From Candidatus Aenigmatarchaeota archaeon (GTDB lineage Archaea > Aenigmatarchaeota > Aenigmatarchaeia > CG10238-14 > SpSt-28): a DNA stretch of 11,695 nt. The DNA lies in the NCBI GenBank assembly GCA_039000985.1, contig JAWBMD010000016.1:1-11695 (forward strand), in the 5' to 3' direction. Below, piece after piece: positions 6,995 through 11,695 of this stretch; the first letter of the stretch is position 1, and every line of letters begins with the position of its first letter. A program made the translations under genes and the position numbers. The notes below the pieces were generated by a model. The model was not told the DNA's origin. It saw only the letters and a list, made by a program, of their open reading frames with translations, and searched no databases.

Positions 6995-9387
6995 TTAAAA
7001 AACTTTTTTAGTCCTGTTTCCCTCATCAAAATATCCTTTTCTGTATAATCCAAAGCTTTTAAAACTCTTAATGAAGCTGGAAGTACTTGATGATTAATAT
7101 AATACTCTGGATCATATTCCCCTTCTCCAATTAATTCAACTGGATAAGCTCTATCTGAAATGCTTCCACTTCCTTTCTTTATAATAAATCCTATTACACT
7201 TCCTTCAGCTATTTCAATTCCCATTTCTTTAGCTCTCATAGCTGCTTTTACATGCGGGCCAATTTGTTCATACTCGCTCAAAGGTTTTGTTATTTGCTCA
7301 TATATTATTAAATCTTCCATCTTCACATTCCTTTCTTTTAAATTTTTTATTACTTCTCTAACATAAGAAATTGCTTTTTGAGGATCTTTATCTTTTAAAA
7401 CAAATTCAAGAACTTTTCTTTGAACAATTTTAGCCAACTTACACCAATCCCTTCTAACAGCTTCAAACCCTCTAACCTCTAAATTATCATTTAAATCTAA
7501 TAAAGCATATCTTTTCTTTGCTCCTACTTCTCCTTTTTCTCTAGATACAAATATCCCCCTTTTATAAACACCTCTAAATTCTAACTCTATTATTCCTGGC
7601 AAATTTTCATTTACACTATTAACAAAATCAATAGCTTTTTTCATCAAATTATCTAAATCTATATTCATAAATAAAAATACACTATCAGTATCTCCATATA
7701 AAATTTCAAATCCATACTGTTTAGCCATTTCCAAAACTTTTTTTATGTAATACCTACCAAATGCTGCAGTAGCTTCAGCACACTCTTTTTTATACCATCT
7801 AGCACCAACAAAAGCATAATAACCATAAACAGCATTTGCAATTATTTTTGTTGCATATTGCTCATTATCTAAAATTTTGTATTCTTTCGATTCTTTATTT
7901 AGTTTTTTCATTCTCTCTTTTATTCTTCTTCTTTCCTCTATTAAAAATTTTAAATGCTTTGGTATAAAACCTTCAATTTTTATACAAAAATGATAATTTG
8001 TCTCTGGAACAGAATTTTTTTCTTTGCATTCTTTGTGCTCACAATTGAAAGTTTCTACAGAAATATTTTTTGTTGTTATAATGCTTGGATAAAGGGATCT
8101 AAAATCAACAACAGCAATATTTTCGTGAATTCCTTTTTTTGGTTCTACAACAATAGCTCCTTTATATGGTAAAGTTCTCATTCTCATTTCCTTTTCCTCA
8201 TGCTTTGGGGAATTTGGTATTAAAACATTATCTTCAAAAGCTTTTCTTATTAAGTAAGCTTCAACAAGCTGAGAATAACTATATCTACAAACATCAAAAG
8301 GAAGCTCTCCTGTTAATCTAGATATTGAAAATATTTGTGGTAAAATAATTTGTGAAATCGAGTAAGTTAAATAAGCATCTCTCATGCTATATTCTGCAAT
8401 TCTTCCCAAATCTTTTCTATTTTTCCATAATTCAATAATTTCTTTATATTCGAGCTCTATTTTTCTTTCACCAATTAATTCATTTGCAACTTCATCCAAT
8501 GTAAGAATTTCTGTTTTTAAAGTTGGGGAAAGTATATTGCTTATAAAAGAGAATAAATCTAAATGAACTACATTTGGAAGCTTTGCTGCACTTGCTCCAC
8601 CCCTTCTAACAAATTCCAAATTAAATTTAACATCAATTTCTTTCAACCTTTCTTTAAGTTTTAAAAAATCAAAAGCATCTCCATTATAACTAACAATAAA
8701 ATCTGGATTTTCATTTTCTATTATTTCTAAAAATCTTTTTATCATTGTTTTTTCATTACTAAAACTTTCAACAAACTCTTGCTTTTCTTCCCAGCTTCCA
8801 ACAGTTAAAACCTTCTTAAAATTTTTTGAATAAATGCTTATCATTATTAATTTTTCTTTTCCATCCATTTCCACCCATTCTGTATCAAAAGCTAAAATAC
8901 TTAACTCTGGCTCAATTATTTCATCAACCTCTTTTATTTCATTAGCTTGGAGAAAAGAACCAACTTTTTCAATTTCTACTTCTATCCAACTACAAGGTTT
9001 TAAAGAAAAATCTATTAGGAATCTCTTATAAAATGAAATATTGTATTCGAAAGTATCTTCGACTTCTTCAAAATTTTTTATAACATCCCTAACATCTTTC
9101 AACTTTCTTGGATTTTCAACAATTACCTTTATAACATCTCTCTCAAAATTCATCCATCTCTTTTTAACTATTTCGGTTTTTACTTTTGTTGGAAAATTTT
9201 TCAAGCTATCAATTTTTTCCTTTAAAGCTTGTTCTTTATTTAACTTTGGTAATACAAAAAAATAGTGCGAAAAATTTTTTCTAATAAATACTTTTTCATT
9301 TTTTTCATTGCGACCAGAGATTATTATAATGCCTTTTTCTCCTTCAAAAGTGTAATCAACACTAAAAAAGAAAAGTTTCTCTCTCAC
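6988..9387 (-). CDS. polB: Family B DNA polymerase (PolB3-like) with 3'-5' exonuclease, single chain, no intein
   Basis: GTG start. Exo I LAFDTE, Exo II YNGDAFDF and Exo III YSMRDA; polymerase motifs DFRSLYPSII, KIIANAVYGY, YGDTDS, KKRYA and RGFEAVRRDW; C-terminal PIP-like ETGLKKFF. Its stop overlaps the rgy start by 7 nt. Confidence 0.98.
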   Translation of the reverse strand: MREKLFFFSVDYTFEGEKGIIIISGRNEKNEKVFIRKNFSHYFFVLPKLNKEQALKEKIDSLKNFPTKVKTEIVKKRWMNFERDVIKVIVENPRKLKDVRDVIKNFEEVEDTFEYNISFYKRFLIDFSLKPCSWIEVEIEKVGSFLQANEIKEVDEIIEPELSILAFDTEWVEMDGKEKLIMISIYSKNFKKVLTVGSWEEKQEFVESFSNEKTMIKRFLEIIENENPDFIVSYNGDAFDFLKLKERLKEIDVKFNLEFVRRGGASAAKLPNVVHLDLFSFISNILSPTLKTEILTLDEVANELIGERKIELEYKEIIELWKNRKDLGRIAEYSMRDAYLTYSISQIILPQIFSISRLTGELPFDVCRYSYSQLVEAYLIRKAFEDNVLIPNSPKHEEKEMRMRTLPYKGAIVVEPKKGIHENIAVVDFRSLYPSIITTKNISVETFNCEHKECKEKNSVPETNYHFCIKIEGFIPKHLKFLIEERRRIKERMKKLNKESKEYKILDNEQYATKIIANAVYGYYAFVGARWYKKECAEATAAFGRYYIKKVLEMAKQYGFEILYGDTDSVFLFMNIDLDNLMKKAIDFVNSVNENLPGIIELEFRGVYKRGIFVSREKGEVGAKKRYALLDLNDNLEVRGFEAVRRDWCKLAKIVQRKVLEFVLKDKDPQKAISYVREVIKNLKERNVKMEDLIIYEQITKPLSEYEQIGPHVKAAMRAKEMGIEIAEGSVIGFIIKKGSGSISDRAYPVELIGEGEYDPEYYINHQVLPASLRVLKALDYTEKDILMRETGLKKFFKW

Positions 9388-9410
9388 AATTTTTTATAGT
9401 AAAAGAAAAT

Positions 9411-9428
9411 AATATAAAAGTGGTTTTT
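9411..9428 (-). promoter_or_regulatory. Putative BRE/TATA promoter of the polB-rgy unit
   Basis: The minus strand reads AAAAACCACTTTTATATT, with TTTATATT at about -31 to -24 from the polB GTG. This spacing suits a leaderless or very short-leader archaeal transcript. The AT-rich background limits certainty. Confidence 0.4.
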
Positions 9429-9519
9429 AACTAACTTTCTTTCCAGCCCTTTTTTTATATACAGCTTTATATTTCTTCTTTTTTATTGGTGGTACCTCGT
9501 ATTTTTCAAAATCGAACAT
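9427..9519 (-). CDS. Small Lys-rich hypothetical protein, 30 aa (MFDFEKYEVPPIKKKKYKAVYKKRAGKKVS)
   Basis: ATG at 9519-9517 begins 2 nt after the stop of the upstream gene and ends at TAA 9429-9427. It fills the only gap over 40 bp in the window and has the same purine-rich coding-strand bias as its neighbours. Confidence 0.55.
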   Translation of the reverse strand: MFDFEKYEVPPIKKKKYKAVYKKRAGKKVS

Positions 9520-9521
9520 AA

Positions 9522-9809
9522 TTATTTTAAAGGAACAGCAGTACATTTATTATTAATGCAAGAACAATACCCCATCCCACAATCTAAAATAGTTCTACAT
9601 TCCATTGTACAAAAAATGCCTTTACAATTGGGTTTATATTTAATATTAACGCATTCGCTTGAATGACAACAATCCTTAGGAACGCAATCCATATTTGATG
9701 AACAATAATAAAAATCTTCTTTAACTTTTAAATTTTTTGTATATGCGTTAAAAAAAGCAACAATTGAAGCAAACAAAACTACTATTGCAAACCTATATAA
9801 AACTACCAT
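9522..9809 (-). CDS. Small exported or membrane-anchored cysteine-rich protein (12 Cys; resembles archaeal heavy-Cys/eight-cysteine-cluster domains)
   Basis: An N-terminal hydrophobic segment (RFAIVVLFASIVAFF) is followed by CSSNMDCVPKDCCHSSECVN..NCKGIFCTMEC..DCGMGYCSCINNKC. It starts 7 nt after the stop of the upstream gene. Confidence 0.85.
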   Translation of the reverse strand: MVVLYRFAIVVLFASIVAFFNAYTKNLKVKEDFYYCSSNMDCVPKDCCHSSECVNIKYKPNCKGIFCTMECRTILDCGMGYCSCINNKCTAVPLK

Positions 9810-9816
9810 AAAATTT

Positions 9817-11695
9817 TTAAACTGGAGTTTTTACTGGAAGAAGAAGATATATTAGAAAAGCTATAGCTGCTATTATAATAGAAATTATAATTATATCAAA
9901 AATGCCCAAACCAAACAATCCTTTACCTTTTTTTGTTTCTTTAGCTTTAATACTTTCCCCTAAACTGCTTAAAGATTTTGAAAATTGTGCTATTTTGTTT
10001 GATAAATCACTAAGATTCTCATTAACTGTTTGATAATTTCCAGAATTAAAAGCATTTACTAAATTATTCAAGCTTTCCTTTATCGTATTGAGCTCTGCTT
10101 TTAAAGAAGTTAAATTATAACCTTTTTTCTCTAATTCTGTTATGTTTTTCTCTATTTCTAAAATTATAGAACTGAAATTATTTAAAGTATCATTAATATA
10201 TTTTATCTCTTCTTTAGATGGTAAAACAATTAAATTGAAGTTTACTGTTTTGTTTGCATATGAAGAATAAGCTATGAATTTTAAAGCATAAGTTCCTGTG
10301 TTAAGATTTGTAGCATTAAACTTAACTGTAAAGTTTTTAACTTGTTGGGAAGCTATAGTTTGTTGGGATGGCAATACTTCAAAATACTTATTATCTAAAT
10401 CTGGAATATTTAGATAAACGACTTGTTCTCTATCAGATGGATTTTTAACTTTAACAATTGTTGTATTTGTATTATTTCTTTCTACAAAAACATTTTTTTC
10501 AAATTCAACTATTTCTAAAGAATATGTTATTGTTTGATTTTGCTGTCCTTGTCCTCCTTGCTGTCCTCCAGATGGTGCTTCATATAAGATTGAAAACGAT
10601 GTTTCTTTGAAATTGGATAAGAATTTTGGATTTGAAGAATTTATAGTTACATAACAATTAGAATTGTTTCTAGTAGCTACAGTAAAAGCAGAAGAATTCG
10701 AATAAGAGCTTGAATAATTAATGAAACTTATTGTTAAAGAAGATGGATAAATGTTGCAACCAGAAGAATATGCATTTATTACAATATTTGACTCTCCCTT
10801 TAAACCATGATTAGTTACAGTTAATGATATAGGAATGTTTGTAGCTGAGGAAAATGAAGAAAGAGATGGTGATGCATATAAAGTTAACAAACTTTCATTA
10901 ACCAAAACATTTTTAAATTCACCAACTCCAAAATTTCCTCTACCATCTGAAACATTAACTATTAATGTAAAATTACCTCCTAATATATTTCCAACACTAT
11001 TGTTCAATAAATAAACAGTACTATTAGAAAAAACATTGTTGACATTAGCATCTACAGAATATTTTGTTGAATAAACATATCTTTCTAATTTCACTGTAAA
11101 ATTACTTATGTTTAAACCATCAACAAAAGTATTATTTTGATAAAATGCTTGTAATGTAATATTGAAATCTGAATTTGGTAATATTGTTTGATTCAAAACA
11201 TTTATAACATTTACAATAAGCTGATTGGATAAGTTAAGGGTAATTAAAATTGTGAAATTTTTTTCTGGTAAACCATTTAATGAAACTATTTTTAAATTAT
11301 CGGTATATAAACCAATTTGCTTGCTTGCATCTAAATATAAAGTTATATTAAATAAGTAAGAATTTGATGAAGAAATATTTATATCTTCGCTAACATTTAA
11401 ATCATGAGAATAATTAACATACAAAGAACTTGATTTTAGTGATGTTGAATTTTCTATGCTTATTATTGTTAAATTATTGTCTATATCAGTATAATTTCTA
11501 TTTACTATAACTAAAGGTATCTTAATGGTTTTGTTAAAGCCTATATTTTCCTTTAAATTTATGTTTAAATATCTATAAGAATTATTTATTTCAAAATTTG
11601 GCTGATTATTAATAATAGCTATTGGTAATATTGTTGTGCTGGAATTTTCATCCGAAAACAAAATATGCTGTAAATAAGCTGATGAGCCGAAAATA
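9817..11695 (-). CDS. C-terminal part of a large membrane-anchored cell-surface glycoprotein (beta-sandwich/Ig-like domains, helical stalk, C-terminal TM); 5'-truncated by the window
   Basis: The frame stays open past the track's TTG at 11661 to the window edge (IFGSSAYLQHILFSDEN...). The protein is N/S/T/I-rich with 37 N-x-S/T sequons by my count in 614 aa, a GGQQGGQGQQ linker, a heptad-like helical region and the TM IFDIIIISIIIAAIAFLIYLLLP. Confidence 0.85.
   Translation of the reverse strand, partial: IFGSSAYLQHILFSDENSSTTILPIAIINNQPNFEINNSYRYLNINLKENIGFNKTIKIPLVIVNRNYTDIDNNLTIISIENSTSLKSSSLYVNYSHDLNVSEDINISSSNSYLFNITLYLDASKQIGLYTDNLKIVSLNGLPEKNFTILITLNLSNQLIVNVINVLNQTILPNSDFNITLQAFYQNNTFVDGLNISNFTVKLERYVYSTKYSVDANVNNVFSNSTVYLLNNSVGNILGGNFTLIVNVSDGRGNFGVGEFKNVLVNESLLTLYASPSLSSFSSATNIPISLTVTNHGLKGESNIVINAYSSGCNIYPSSLTISFINYSSSYSNSSAFTVATRNNSNCYVTINSSNPKFLSNFKETSFSILYEAPSGGQQGGQGQQNQTITYSLEIVEFEKNVFVERNNTNTTIVKVKNPSDREQVVYLNIPDLDNKYFEVLPSQQTIASQQVKNFTVKFNATNLNTGTYALKFIAYSSYANKTVNFNLIVLPSKEEIKYINDTLNNFSSIILEIEKNITELEKKGYNLTSLKAELNTIKESLNNLVNAFNSGNYQTVNENLSDLSNKIAQFSKSLSSLGESIKAKETKKGKGLFGLGIFDIIIISIIIAAIAFLIYLLLPVKTPV
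10540..10569 (-). repeat. Short imperfect tandem repeat encoding the Gly/Gln linker GGQQGGQGQQ
   Basis: The minus strand reads GGA GGA CAG CAA GGA GGA CAA GGA CAG CAA, a locally GC-rich patch within the AT-rich surface protein gene. Confidence 0.7.

Noticed and set aside
7160..9265. Plus-strand ORFs 7160-7366, 7954-8172, 8384-8566, 8834-9031 and 9041-9265
   Set aside because: They are antisense shadows inside polB with no independent coding evidence.
6988..9387. Possible intein or split in PolB (and in reverse gyrase)
   Set aside because: Known insertion-site motifs (DFRSLYPS, KIIANAVYGY, YGDTDS) are contiguous, and both protein lengths are normal.
11659..11661. TTG start assigned by the ORF track to the surface protein
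   Set aside because: The frame is open upstream to the window edge and no signal peptide follows, so this is an internal Leu codon.
11679..11695. CTGATGAGCCGAAA, resembling a hammerhead ribozyme core (CUGAUGA...GAAA) or a box C motif
   Set aside because: Only 3 nt separate the core motifs, so stem II cannot form. It lies antisense within an open reading frame and is cut by the window edge, so it is most likely coincidental.
1..11695. CRISPR array, IS element or box C/D sRNA gene associated with the Cas4-like or fibrillarin genes
   Set aside because: I saw no regularly spaced repeats, transposase or terminal inverted repeats. The TGATGA hits I noticed lie inside coding regions without a convincing paired D box, and no intergenic gap is long enough for an sRNA.

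Overview
A very AT-rich, densely coded archaeal chromosomal segment. It is almost certainly from a thermophile, since it carries an intact reverse gyrase. A DPANN-type origin such as Aenigmarchaeota is inferred from the compaction and the protein styles, not demonstrated. Gene order: the 3' end of a Cas4-like Fe-S nuclease gene (not in the ORF track) > fibrillarin >< GH1 beta-glycosidase < tRNA-Cys(GCA) <> DUF99/EndoV-like protein > Sec11 signal peptidase > TFS >< reverse gyrase < PolB < a 30-aa Lys-rich micro-ORF (not in the ORF track) < a 12-Cys exported protein < a large sequon-rich membrane-anchored surface protein that runs off the right edge. I see no mobile element, CRISPR array, intein or rRNA. 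This is mostly housekeeping DNA, and I cannot support a wholly new multi-gene system. The best leads are: (i) a PolB with a naturally altered uracil-sensing pocket (His at the P36-equivalent position), overlapping reverse gyrase and near an EndoV-like gene; (ii) a 35-bp symmetric bidirectional promoter with a TATA-like box starting 26 nt upstream of both the mature tRNA 5' end and the DUF99 ATG; (iii) the micro-ORF; (iv) a Cas4-like gene where nop5 usually sits.
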